Assembly (NCBI GenBank): GCA_036725105.1
Contig: DAIMET010000003.1
Location: forward strand, 13,461 to 77,460
Source: Calditrichota bacterium
GTDB lineage: Bacteria; Caldisericota; Caldisericia; UBA6126
Direction of reading: 5' to 3'
Length of the DNA: 64,000 nucleotides
Below are positions 37,958-47,900 of the stretch, piece by piece; position 1 is the stretch's first letter, and each line of letters opens with the position of its first letter. The notes under the pieces are model-generated. The model did not search any database. It was not told the DNA's origin and was given only the letters and a program-made list of their open reading frames with translations. Both the position numbers and the translations under genes were made by a program.

Positions 37958-39253
37958 TTACGTTACATTCAAAAGTAAAGCTCGAAAAAAACTAGCTAGT
38001 ATTAGTGAACCAGTAATAAGAACAGGTTGATGATTGGATTGTATGGAATCAAGAAAGGAAGTGGATTCTGAAGAATAATAACAGTGAACAGGACCTGAGA
38101 AATGAAAACTTTCTACAATTTCACAAAGCGATTCCAATGGAGCAGAATGTATTTCAGGAATATCCGTGAAAACAAAGGAAGATGCAATCTCGAGAAGTGG
38201 TTTAATGAGAGATTGTGCATTTTTGTTGTGTTTGCACCCGAATATTATTGGGACTTTTTGGTTAGGGTATCTTTCTTTGATTGTCTTGGCAACAAACTCG
38301 CATGAATGGAATGTATGCGCTCCATCTAAAATCCAAGTAGCGTTGTCTTTTCGAAATATCTCAAATCTGCAAGGGATGGATATAGTGGACAAAGAATCAC
38401 GAAAGTTCTCTTCAGTTACAATAAAACCGCTTTTGGTTAACAATTCTGAAGCAATAATTGCCACAGAGGCGTTGTTTACTTGATGAATACCCAAAGGTTT
38501 ACAATGTATATCTTTATAGGTGTTACCTGTTATACCGCTGTTAAGAGTGAAAGTCTCAAAGGGTTGAGAAAAGTTACTGCTACGCTGGACGTATGAATGC
38601 TGATCCATTGAATACAGTTTCACACTTTTTCGAGAAGCATATTCCTGAATTACAAGAGCTGCCTCTAATGATTGTTTGGCCATTAAAACTGGAGTATGCG
38701 AGCGAATGATCCCTGCCTTTTCACGAGCAATTTGCTCAACTGAAGTTCCTAGTTTTAAAGTGTGTTCAAGCTCTATCAAGGTGATGATAGAGAGACTGGG
38801 ATCAGGTATTGCTGTTGTGGCATCTAGACGGCCACCTAGTCCAGTTTCAATAAATGCTATATCAATGTTGTTTTTTTGAAAAGCCATGACTGCAAGAAGG
38901 GTCATTGTCTCAAAAAAGGTGAGTTCTTCAAAAAGATGTGGTGGCAGAATTTGCTGTATTTTTTCATAAAGTTCGTTAAATAACATGGACTCTATGGGTT
39001 GGTTTTGTATAGTGATCCGTTCTCGAACAGAGTGAATATGAGGGGAAACAAACAACCCGGTTTTATAACCTGATTGTCGGTAAACAGCATCTAACATAGT
39101 AGTTACAGATCCTTTTCCTTTCGAACCTGCGACCTGAACCCAAGAAAAAGGCAAAGTATCTGCATCAATGTAGCTCAGTGCAGATTTGATACGATCCAAT
39201 GTCGGAATCTCGTGAAATCGTGGCAATCTAATAATGATTTCTTCTGCCAACAT
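37958..39253 (-). CDS. folC: Folylpolyglutamate synthase / dihydrofolate synthase
   Basis: The P-loop VAGSKGKGS, a Mur-ligase fold pattern and position directly after valS (Firmicutes synteny) support the call. Confidence 0.88.
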   Translation of the reverse strand: MLAEEIIIRLPRFHEIPTLDRIKSALSYIDADTLPFSWVQVAGSKGKGSVTTMLDAVYRQSGYKTGLFVSPHIHSVRERITIQNQPIESMLFNELYEKIQQILPPHLFEELTFFETMTLLAVMAFQKNNIDIAFIETGLGGRLDATTAIPDPSLSIITLIELEHTLKLGTSVEQIAREKAGIIRSHTPVLMAKQSLEAALVIQEYASRKSVKLYSMDQHSYVQRSSNFSQPFETFTLNSGITGNTYKDIHCKPLGIHQVNNASVAIIASELLTKSGFIVTEENFRDSLSTISIPCRFEIFRKDNATWILDGAHTFHSCEFVAKTIKERYPNQKVPIIFGCKHNKNAQSLIKPLLEIASSFVFTDIPEIHSAPLESLCEIVESFHFSGPVHCYYSSESTSFLDSIQSNHQPVLITGSLILASFFRALLLNVT

Positions 39254-39254
39254 G

Positions 39255-41876
39255 TTATTTTCCTAAAAGGTCTTCTATTCGCTGTAAAATAGATTGTTTT
39301 TGGTTGGAAAACTCTTCAAAATTGGATCGAACTTCTTGTATCAGATCTTCAGATGCATGTTTCATAAAATTCTCATTGCTGAGTTTCTGTTGTAATTTTT
39401 CAAGTTCTTTCTCAATTTTTTGGATTCGTTGTTTTTTGTTTTGAATCTCACTATCAATATCTAGAAGATTCTTTGAGAAAAAGACTGTAGTAGAGGAGTC
39501 TACTACAGTTGCTATCAATGAGGAATCTGGTTGGTCTTCGTAGAAAACTTCTTCTATCTTAGCAAGATCAGAAATCGTATGAATATTACTTTCTACTGTA
39601 CTCTTGAAAGAGTCGTCATTTGTCTGGATTCCAACTCGTATACCAGATGGCTTAGAAAGATGAAATTCAGCTTTCGTATTACGAATAACCCTAATTAATT
39701 CTTGTATTTTTTGAACCCCTGTGGATGCTTCGTCGAGAATATTCTCTGGTAGACTAATCGCAGAAGGCCATTTACTATACATAATAGAAGAATTTGCGTT
39801 TTCTTCCATCAATAGCCATAAGGCTTCGGTAACAAATGGTGTAATAGGATGCATCATTTGTAATGATTTTGAGAAGATTACTCGTAAAAGCGTTGGATTG
39901 GGATTTGTTTTTGAGACTTCAATGTACCAATCACAAAAATCATGCCAAAAAAAAGCATATACCGATTGTGCTGCATCATTAAAACTATAGGTTTCAATGC
40001 TGTTTTTCACTGATTTTACGGTTTCATTATATCGGTGGATAATCCATTGGTCCCAAATCGAAAGGTTAATTGAATCAATGGTTTCCGAGGAAAGACGATT
40101 TGTATTGTCCAAAACATAATGACCAGCATTCCATATCTTGTTCACAAAGTTTCGCGATGCTTTGTTTTTTTGGATGTCAAAACGAATATCTTGACCAGCG
40201 GAGTTACTATATGAAGTTACGGTGTAACGAAGTGCATCAGCACCATATTCTTGTATGAGAGAGGTAGGATCCACTGCATTTGAAGATGATTTACTCATTT
40301 TTTTACCCTGACTGTCGAGGATCAATCCATGGTAATAGACTTTTTCAAAAGGAATTGCATTCACAAAATAAAGTGAAGAGAAAATCATCCGAGAAACCCA
40401 AAAAAAGATTATATCAAAGCCTGTAACCATTAAGCTAGAGGGGTAATATCGGTGAAGCATTTCTGTATCTTCTGGCCATCCCATACATGCAAATGGCCAC
40501 AAAGCAGAACCAAACCAAGTATCTAAAACATCTTCTTCTTGACGTAAGTTATATGAAGTACATTCAGGACAGTTTTTAGGAGTCGTTTCTGAGACAATCA
40601 TTTCACCGCAATCGTCACAATACCAGACAGGAATGCGTATTCCCCACCAGATTTGCCTGGAGATACACCAGTCCATGATATTTTCCATCCAGTCTTGGTA
40701 TACCTTTTGCCAACGATTTGGTATGAACTGAATGTCTCCTTGTTGGACAGTTTTTAATCCTTTTTCTGCTAAAGATTTTGTACGTAGATACCATTGATCT
40801 GAGATGACAGGTTCGAGTATGTGTTTGCAACGATCACAATGTCCAACAGAATGATAAAAGGGTTCTACCTGAATCAAGTATCCTTGTTCTTGAAGGTCAT
40901 TTTTAATTTTTTCTCTTGCTTCTTGCAAAGAAAGACCTTTGTATTCACCAGCGTTATCATTCATTTCTTTTCCATGATCAATGACGTTAACAAAGTCTAG
41001 GTTGTGTTTTTTACCTAAGTTGAAATCATTTGGATCATGACTCGGAGTGACTTTTAATGCGCCGGTTCCAAATTCTTTATCTACATATTCATCAGTAATG
41101 ATAGGAATTCTCCGATTTACAAGAGGAACAATGGCGAACTTACCATGATACTTTTTGTATCTTGGATCATCTGGGTGAACAGCAATAGCAGTATCCCCTA
41201 ACATTGTTTCCACTCGAGTGGTAGCAATCGTAATGTACTCAGTAGAGTTTTCAATGTAATATTTTATTGTTACCAACTCTCCCTTAACACTTTGATGATC
41301 AACTTCAATGTCAGATAAGGCAGTTTTACAACGTGGACAATACTGTACCATCCGTTTACCTCGATAAATCAATCCTTGTTCGAAGTAAGTTACAAAAGCT
41401 TTTATGACGGCCTTTTCATAGTTTTCATCTTTAGTGAACCGTAGTTTTGTCCAATCTGCTGAAGTACCAAGCAGTTTCATTTGCTCTATGATCTTGTTAC
41501 CGTAAACGGACTTCCATTCCCAGACTTTTTCGATAAAAGCTTCACGCCCAATATCCTCTTTTAAGATTCCCTGTTTTTTCAGGAAAGCTTCTACTTTGTT
41601 ATCGGTAGCTAAACCAGCTTGATCTGTACCTGGAAACCAGCACACAGAATATCCATTCATACGTTTGAATCGACAAATGATGTCGGGGAGAGTTAAGTCT
41701 AGTGCATGACCAAGGTGGAGCGCACCAGTGATATTGGGAGGTGGCATCGTAATGCTGAAAACATGATCACTTGTTGTATCAGTAGGTTGAAACAAGTGGT
41801 TTGATTCCCAGTATTCGTAGATTTGAGGTTCAATTTCATCGGCAGGATAGGCTCCTTTGGTATACTTTAACATCAA
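39255..41876 (-). CDS. valS: Valine--tRNA ligase
   Basis: The HIGH motif is PPPNITGALHLGHAL and KMSKS is present. There is a CP1 editing domain with a zinc-knuckle-like CPRC...CDRC, and a C-terminal coiled coil. Confidence 0.97.
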   Translation of the reverse strand: MMLKYTKGAYPADEIEPQIYEYWESNHLFQPTDTTSDHVFSITMPPPNITGALHLGHALDLTLPDIICRFKRMNGYSVCWFPGTDQAGLATDNKVEAFLKKQGILKEDIGREAFIEKVWEWKSVYGNKIIEQMKLLGTSADWTKLRFTKDENYEKAVIKAFVTYFEQGLIYRGKRMVQYCPRCKTALSDIEVDHQSVKGELVTIKYYIENSTEYITIATTRVETMLGDTAIAVHPDDPRYKKYHGKFAIVPLVNRRIPIITDEYVDKEFGTGALKVTPSHDPNDFNLGKKHNLDFVNVIDHGKEMNDNAGEYKGLSLQEAREKIKNDLQEQGYLIQVEPFYHSVGHCDRCKHILEPVISDQWYLRTKSLAEKGLKTVQQGDIQFIPNRWQKVYQDWMENIMDWCISRQIWWGIRIPVWYCDDCGEMIVSETTPKNCPECTSYNLRQEEDVLDTWFGSALWPFACMGWPEDTEMLHRYYPSSLMVTGFDIIFFWVSRMIFSSLYFVNAIPFEKVYYHGLILDSQGKKMSKSSSNAVDPTSLIQEYGADALRYTVTSYSNSAGQDIRFDIQKNKASRNFVNKIWNAGHYVLDNTNRLSSETIDSINLSIWDQWIIHRYNETVKSVKNSIETYSFNDAAQSVYAFFWHDFCDWYIEVSKTNPNPTLLRVIFSKSLQMMHPITPFVTEALWLLMEENANSSIMYSKWPSAISLPENILDEASTGVQKIQELIRVIRNTKAEFHLSKPSGIRVGIQTNDDSFKSTVESNIHTISDLAKIEEVFYEDQPDSSLIATVVDSSTTVFFSKNLLDIDSEIQNKKQRIQKIEKELEKLQQKLSNENFMKHASEDLIQEVRSNFEEFSNQKQSILQRIEDLLGK

Positions 41877-41882
41877 ATACTC

Positions 41883-42815
41883 CTACATTGTTGCATTTAA
41901 AATTTGGTGATGGATATGGTTTGCAGCAATTGCACCATCATTCATGGCAGTTACAATTTGTCGAAGTGATTTGGAAACAATGTCTCCAACAGCATAAAAA
42001 CCAGGTGTTTTCGTCTCTTTGTAAGCATTTACTTTTATGTATCCTTTTTCATCAATATCTACAATATCTTTGCATATACCAGTATCAGGTATATATCCTG
42101 CAAATACAAAAACACCATCGATTGGAATTTTAAATGTTTGATCTGTGGTAAGGTTTTTGTAGGTAATCGAATTGACGATTTCTTTACCGTGTATTTCTAC
42201 AGGGATTGAGGAGTAATGGATGTTGATGGTTGGTATGTTTTGAATCTTCTTGACGAGTATATCAAAACCACGGAAAGCATCTCTTCGATGGAACAAATGA
42301 ATACTCTTTGCATACGAACTTAGAAACAGTGTTTCTGTCAAGGCTGTGTCTCCACCACCTATAACGGCAATAGTTTTATTTTTAAACAAAGGTCCATCAC
42401 ATGTTCCACATGTGCTGACTCCTCTTCCTGTCCACTCTTTTTCCCCTGGAATATTCAAAGGTCTGTTTTTTGTACCAATTCCACAAACGATATACTTTGC
42501 AGGTAGTGTTTCTTTGTTTTCTAAATGAATTGTGAATTGGTTAATGTCTTCATTTTTAATATTTGTAACTTTTTGGTGGATAATGGGAATGTCTAAATCT
42601 TGGACATGCTGATGAAGAATCGAGGCAAACTCAAACCCATTAATTCCTTTAGGAAAACCCAAATAATTTTCGATGATGTGAGGGATCATAACCTGCCCTC
42701 CCAACATTGGATTTGGCTCAATAACCGTAACTTCATGAGAGAAACGACGCAGATAAATGGCTGCAGCAACACCAGCAGGACCACCACCAACAACGTAAAT
42801 ACTTTCATTTTTCAT
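41883..42815 (-). CDS. trxB: Thioredoxin-disulfide reductase
   Basis: VVGGGPAG, the redox-active CGTCDG and the NADPH site GGGDTALTE are present. Confidence 0.92.
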   Translation of the reverse strand: MKNESIYVVGGGPAGVAAAIYLRRFSHEVTVIEPNPMLGGQVMIPHIIENYLGFPKGINGFEFASILHQHVQDLDIPIIHQKVTNIKNEDINQFTIHLENKETLPAKYIVCGIGTKNRPLNIPGEKEWTGRGVSTCGTCDGPLFKNKTIAVIGGGDTALTETLFLSSYAKSIHLFHRRDAFRGFDILVKKIQNIPTINIHYSSIPVEIHGKEIVNSITYKNLTTDQTFKIPIDGVFVFAGYIPDTGICKDIVDIDEKGYIKVNAYKETKTPGFYAVGDIVSKSLRQIVTAMNDGAIAANHIHHQILNATM

Positions 42816-43344
42816 TTTGTTCAGTCCTTTCTAGTAAAGAGTCTGCTATCGTGAAATGGACATTCTGATGCTGAGGATCATATTGGAAAATACCTTCGTA
42901 GTGAATTTGATCAGTCAGAATGTATCCTCTATAAAGTTCAATAGAATCATTTACTGGTGAATCAGTACGGAAGGGGTCAATATCATTAGTTGGAGTTGTA
43001 GAATTATCTTTAAGAGGGATTTTACCAGTTATTTTGATGGTAGTTTTAGAAAATGAATCGTATATAAAAGGGAATTGATCAGAGCATAAAAAATCGGTAG
43101 AACGATTAGATGAAAGGTTGTTCATTTGATCTGGTGAAAGGTGAAATTGTTCAATTGTTCCACAGAGTATCATTTTTTTAGTGTCGAGTAATGATTGCAA
43201 ATTGTTTTCTATGAGGTGAAAATCAGGACTTTTTTTTAAAAATGAACAACTGCTTACACTGCAAAGAACAAAACTAATAACCATGAACCAAGTAAAAAAT
43301 TTTGATTTTGTCACTATGCGCCTTCGGAAGAATCCATAGTCCAC
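42805..43344 (-). CDS. Hypothetical lipoprotein
   Basis: A signal peptide ends in the lipobox-like SVSSC. I recognise no domain. The start is uncertain, with an alternative at 43284. Confidence 0.45.
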   Translation of the reverse strand: MDYGFFRRRIVTKSKFFTWFMVISFVLCSVSSCSFLKKSPDFHLIENNLQSLLDTKKMILCGTIEQFHLSPDQMNNLSSNRSTDFLCSDQFPFIYDSFSKTTIKITGKIPLKDNSTTPTNDIDPFRTDSPVNDSIELYRGYILTDQIHYEGIFQYDPQHQNVHFTIADSLLERTEQNEK

Positions 43345-44027
43345 TCAAACGAGAGTCCATCAACATGTAGAAAACACTTTTCTAAATCAGAGGGTAGTAA
43401 ACCGAGAAAGCGTAGAGGGGTTACTTCATCTTTTTTCAAAAAAGTAGGATAATCACATGTCATCAGAGACTCAGAAATATAACGATCGATAGGGTACTGC
43501 GTTCCATTTTCATCATAGAAATAAATAGAAACGTCTTCAAGTAATACTTTTTTTCGAGTTCGATTTTGTAGAGAAAGTGAAACCATAGCAATATTGAAAT
43601 GAGGATCGACAGGTTTCATTTCTGCACTATAACGATTGACCATGTAAGAAGCATTAGTATTTGCAGGTAAGTCGGATATATTTTCAGGTTCTTCTATGAT
43701 ATACGCTGTTTTTACATTGGGTTTATCGATTAGAAGATCAAGAGTATTGCCGTCTCTAGTTATCTTAATAATCTTCATCGGATTTCCTTCAACTTGCAGG
43801 TAAGTGAATGGAAACTGTCGAATATTTGTAATGGAAGTCGGGATCCTTAAAGAAGGTGCAGAAACGATATTTTGGAATACAACGGAAAGATAGGATTCAC
43901 TGTGTACCATTTCTGAAGCTCGGTATGTTTTTGTTAGGTCACTTGTTTCGACAGGTGGGGAACAGCTTTGGAGTAAAAACAGACTAATAAAAAAAATGCA
44001 TACCCAACAATAAAAGGAATTTTTCAT
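43314..44027 (-). CDS. Hypothetical lipoprotein
   Basis: The signal peptide has the lipobox LLQSC. The body is beta-rich. I recognise no domain. Confidence 0.5.
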   Translation of the reverse strand: MKNSFYCWVCIFFISLFLLQSCSPPVETSDLTKTYRASEMVHSESYLSVVFQNIVSAPSLRIPTSITNIRQFPFTYLQVEGNPMKIIKITRDGNTLDLLIDKPNVKTAYIIEEPENISDLPANTNASYMVNRYSAEMKPVDPHFNIAMVSLSLQNRTRKKVLLEDVSIYFYDENGTQYPIDRYISESLMTCDYPTFLKKDEVTPLRFLGLLPSDLEKCFLHVDGLSFEWTMDSSEGA

Positions 44028-44057
44028 GACTACCTCAATTTGTGTTTTATAAAAAAA

Positions 44058-44375
44058 TTAGTTGAAAGATTCTTCGTCCATAGAATCGCAATCTGATATT
44101 TTTTCTTTCACATTCTGTTCGATCGATTGAAACTTACTGCTGGCATTCTTTTCAATTTCTTTAACAAAATCTTTGCCTTTGCGAATCATTTCATCAGTTT
44201 CTTTTTTAACTTTTTGTGAAAGGTTTTTTAAATTGGATTGAATATCCTCAGTCGATTCTATGAGTTTGCGTCGAGTTTCTTCTCCAGTGCTTGGAGCTAA
44301 CAAAACACCTGCTAATGCACCAAGTAAAATACCAAAGATTAGACCAATACCAAAACTGTTACTTTGTTTTTCCAT
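44058..44375 (-). CDS. YtxH-like general stress protein
   Basis: MEKQSNSFGIGLIFGILLGALAGVLLAPSTGEETRRKL is the YtxH signature. I chose the ATG at 44375, immediately after the upstream stop. Confidence 0.75.
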   Translation of the reverse strand: MEKQSNSFGIGLIFGILLGALAGVLLAPSTGEETRRKLIESTEDIQSNLKNLSQKVKKETDEMIRKGKDFVKEIEKNASSKFQSIEQNVKEKISDCDSMDEESFN

Positions 44376-44376
44376 T

Positions 44377-44739
44377 TTAAACTCCTTTTCTAGTTTTTTG
44401 AAACATTTGAATAAAATTAAAGAGAATAGTTCCAATAGCTATTACCTTATTGGTTACATCGGCCCATTTTTTTGTTTCGTGTTCAGTTTCTGGTGGGGGG
44501 CTTATACGTCGATTTAACTGCTCTAAAGCTTTTGAAGCTTGATCTCCAATATCGTTTGTTTTTTCTTTTAAGGTTTCAACTAGGGAATCAATGCTTTCTG
44601 TTAAACGGGTAACTCGATTCATCAATATTTTTCCAGCAACTAAATAAATAACCAACCGAATCAAAATTGCTGCAGCTATAACAATGACTGATATTGCAAC
44701 AGCCCACACAATAGAAGATGGTAAATCCATACGTGTCAC
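44377..44739 (-). CDS. DUF948 (YtxG-like) membrane-anchored stress protein
   Basis: An N-terminal TM segment is followed by a helical region (LTESIDSLVETLKEKTNDIGDQ). The pairing with a ytxH-like gene mirrors the Bacillus ytxGH arrangement. Confidence 0.65.
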   Translation of the reverse strand: MTRMDLPSSIVWAVAISVIVIAAAILIRLVIYLVAGKILMNRVTRLTESIDSLVETLKEKTNDIGDQASKALEQLNRRISPPPETEHETKKWADVTNKVIAIGTILFNFIQMFQKTRKGV

Positions 44740-44940
44740 CCTACTTTCTTAAAATTACCTACATGTATTATAGCAAATTCTTTCTTGTTTCGACAATTCT
44801 ATATTTCTGCTTGTTTTCATTAAGTTACAAAAAAGTAACAGAACAAAACAAGGGAAAATGTTCACTAGGAGAAGTAATAAGTCAAAACTTCAATAGTTTA
44901 ATCGTCATCCTACTTCAGATTAAAGTTTTATATCCCTTGA

Positions 44941-44970
44941 TTGAAGCAGCTTTACAGATAAAATTATAGA
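44941..44970 (+). promoter_or_regulatory. Candidate promoter for the envelope operon
   Basis: TTGAAG (44941-44946), an 18-nt spacer and TATAGA (44965-44970) are present. GGAGG follows at 44985. The match is weak. Confidence 0.25.
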
Positions 44971-44994
44971 AATTTGTAACTTTTGGAGGTATAT

Positions 44995-47900
44995 GTGTTG
45001 AAGAGTATTAAGCGTATTGTATCCGTAACGCTCACTTTACTCATGGCATGCAGTATTGTATTTGTCAATATGCCAAAAACGAGTGCTTTAGACATATTCC
45101 CGTTTGTGGTTTTATGTACTGGTAATGTCAGAGGACAATTGACCCCTTTTGAATATGGTCCCAATGTTAATGAAGGGGGATTATCAAAGATTGCAACCGT
45201 TGTTAAAAACATCCGAAAAGAAACGGAAGACCGCGAAGGGTATCATATGACGATTGATGCCGGTAACACCCTTTTTGGATCCGATTTGGCAACGTATTAC
45301 ACACAAAAACCCATGGCTGGTAAACCACATCCAGTTGTAGCTGTTATGAATGAACTTTCATATGATGCAGCCGGCTATAGCTCTCTCGATTTTTCCATGC
45401 CTCCACAAATTCGTGATGCAAGAAAAAGAGAAAGCGATTTTACATGGGTCTGTACAAATGCATACAGAAGCGGAAGCTTATATGCTTCTGATCACAGAAT
45501 GCTGGTATACGATGTACCGAATTCTGCCCACGTTTTAAAAATTGCGATCATATCGTTACCCGACCCATCTAGGCAAAATGCTATCCCACCAGAGAGCATC
45601 AGTGGTCTAGAATTCTATGATCCGATCGAAGAAGTTGTTCGTTCCAGTGATGTATTGAAAGAAATTGAACGCGCTGACTTTATTATTCTTCTAACCGATA
45701 TGAAGTGGGAAACTGATCCAGAAAAACGAGAAAACTCTTTTTTAAATGAGCTTTTATTCCGTTCACGTATTGATATTTGTATAACCACCGCCGATGATAC
45801 AATTCCAGGTGAACAAGTAGTATATCCTGATTCTGATGAGTTTCCAGAACACGATGTTCTTATTTCTTCACCAGGCCGCTATGGTTTAGGCCTTTCAAGA
45901 ATTGAACTCATGCTCGAAAAATGTAAATGCCCCGTAAAACCTTACGAGGTCATGAAAAAAGAAAATGGAAACCGAATGATTACTGGGAAAGTCGTTAAAA
46001 TTGGACAGGCTATCTCAGAAGATCAAGAAGTTCGTACTCTTATTAATTCGTACAAGAAAAATGCTAGCAACACCTTTAATGAATTAGTTGGAACTGCAGC
46101 TCAAACATTTACCTTTTCTGGTAGTACATACCGTCCAACAAGTCTTCCAAACTTGATGCTAGACACTATGATCAGTGTTACCCAAACACCTTTAGCAATA
46201 TGTCAACCCTCTGAAATTTTACATAATCTCAATAAAGGTCCTTTAACCTATGGAGACATTTATAGTATTGTTGCATCCGAAGACACCGTTTACAAAGTCT
46301 CATTATCAGGAAAGACCATCAAAGATACTCTCGAAGATGTAGGAAATAGTCTTGCATTTGGAATTGAAAGTGCAGGAATAAGCACCAAAGGTTTTTCCTA
46401 TCGCATGGATTTAAGAAAACCTGATGGGCAAAAAATTATTGATTTAAAAGTCCTGGGAAAACCCATCGAACCCAATAAAAATTACGATGTTGCTGTAACT
46501 GCCGGTTTGATTTGCGGTTCCGGTCGACCTGATTCTTTAGCAAATGTAGGAATTAAAGAGAATTCAAGAAAAACGATTCGTCGTGCTTTGGTTGATGCAT
46601 TGTATGATATGCCCAACAAGACAATATCTCCAGTAACCTCTGGTACATGGTACGTTGTCCCTGACTATTTAGACCATTGGGGCGAGGAACCAATCAGTTT
46701 TCTTGTAGATAAAAATGTTATTAAGGGATATACTGATGGAAGTTTTAAACCCAACAATGATATTACGAGAGCTGAATATACTACCGTAGTACTGAATGCT
46801 TACAATATTCCTCAGATCAAACCTAAAACACCGTCTTTTAAAGATGTAAAAACATCTGACTGGTTTTATGGCATTGTAGAAGGTGCTCATGCTAAAAAAA
46901 TGATCCCCTTTGCTACAAACGATCTGTTTATGCCTAACAAACCCATTACTCGACAAGAAGCAATGATCGAACTTGTCATTGCTTATCGGAACAATCCAGA
47001 ACCTCCAGAGATTTCTGATCAAAGCCTCAATCTGTTTAAAGAAAAAGTAAAAGACTGGCAGAGTATTTCAAAACTCGCCCTTCCTTTCATGATTTTTGCT
47101 TACGAAAATAACTTGATTACAGGATATTCTGACGGTACAATACGACCAGAAAAATCGATTTCTAGAGCTGAAACTGCGACTATTGTCTTTAGAGCACATT
47201 ATCCTGTCATCATGATTGGTTCTACAGGAAACGTTGCAAACGAAATCCGTTCATTGTATCGCGATCCTAACGAAGACCGTCCTATCGGCGGTTTTGCATC
47301 TGTTGCTTCATATTTTGACCAGTTATCAAAAAGAAATCCAAACTTTATGGCTATTGATGCAGGCAACTTCTTAATGGGTTCTTCATTATCATACCTTACT
47401 AAAGGCGAGTATGTTGTAAAACAATATGAACCTATGAATTACGGTGCAATTGGATTGTCAGATGAAGATTTCTTTTATGGATTTGAGTATCTAGATTTAA
47501 TTAACAAGTACATTGATATTGTTGCTGCAGATATTTATAGCAAAGATACCGGTAAAGCTTTATATAAAGATTCCATTATTCATGAACTATCTGGAATTAA
47601 AATTGGCATTACTGGTGTAACAGGATTTTCGATTGAAAAACCTTATATCCATCCTGAAGTTTTGGAGAAAATCGAGATTAAAGATTCTGTCGAATCTGCA
47701 AACAAAATGCTCCAATCCCTAGTTAATGAAGGATCAAATATTACTGTCCTTACGGTTGGTATGGATAGCCGAGTGAACCTTGACAATGAACTATCTCCCG
47801 TACTTGTGAAATTTATAGATCAGCTGAATCCTAAGCCATCATTTATAATTGCTTTGAATGGAGATTTTGGCTATAAATTCAATCACGATGGAATACCAGT

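Noticed and set aside
41877-41882. Looked for a T-box leader upstream of valS, as is usual in Firmicutes
   Set aside because: Only 6 nt separate the trxB stop from the valS start, which leaves no room for a leader. valS appears to be co-transcribed with trxB.
44740-44994. Replication origin at the divergent strand switch
   Set aside because: There are no DnaA-box (TTATCCACA-like) clusters and no dnaA, dnaN or rpmH nearby. A convergent switch only 30 kb away (15371-15505) shows these are local operon boundaries.
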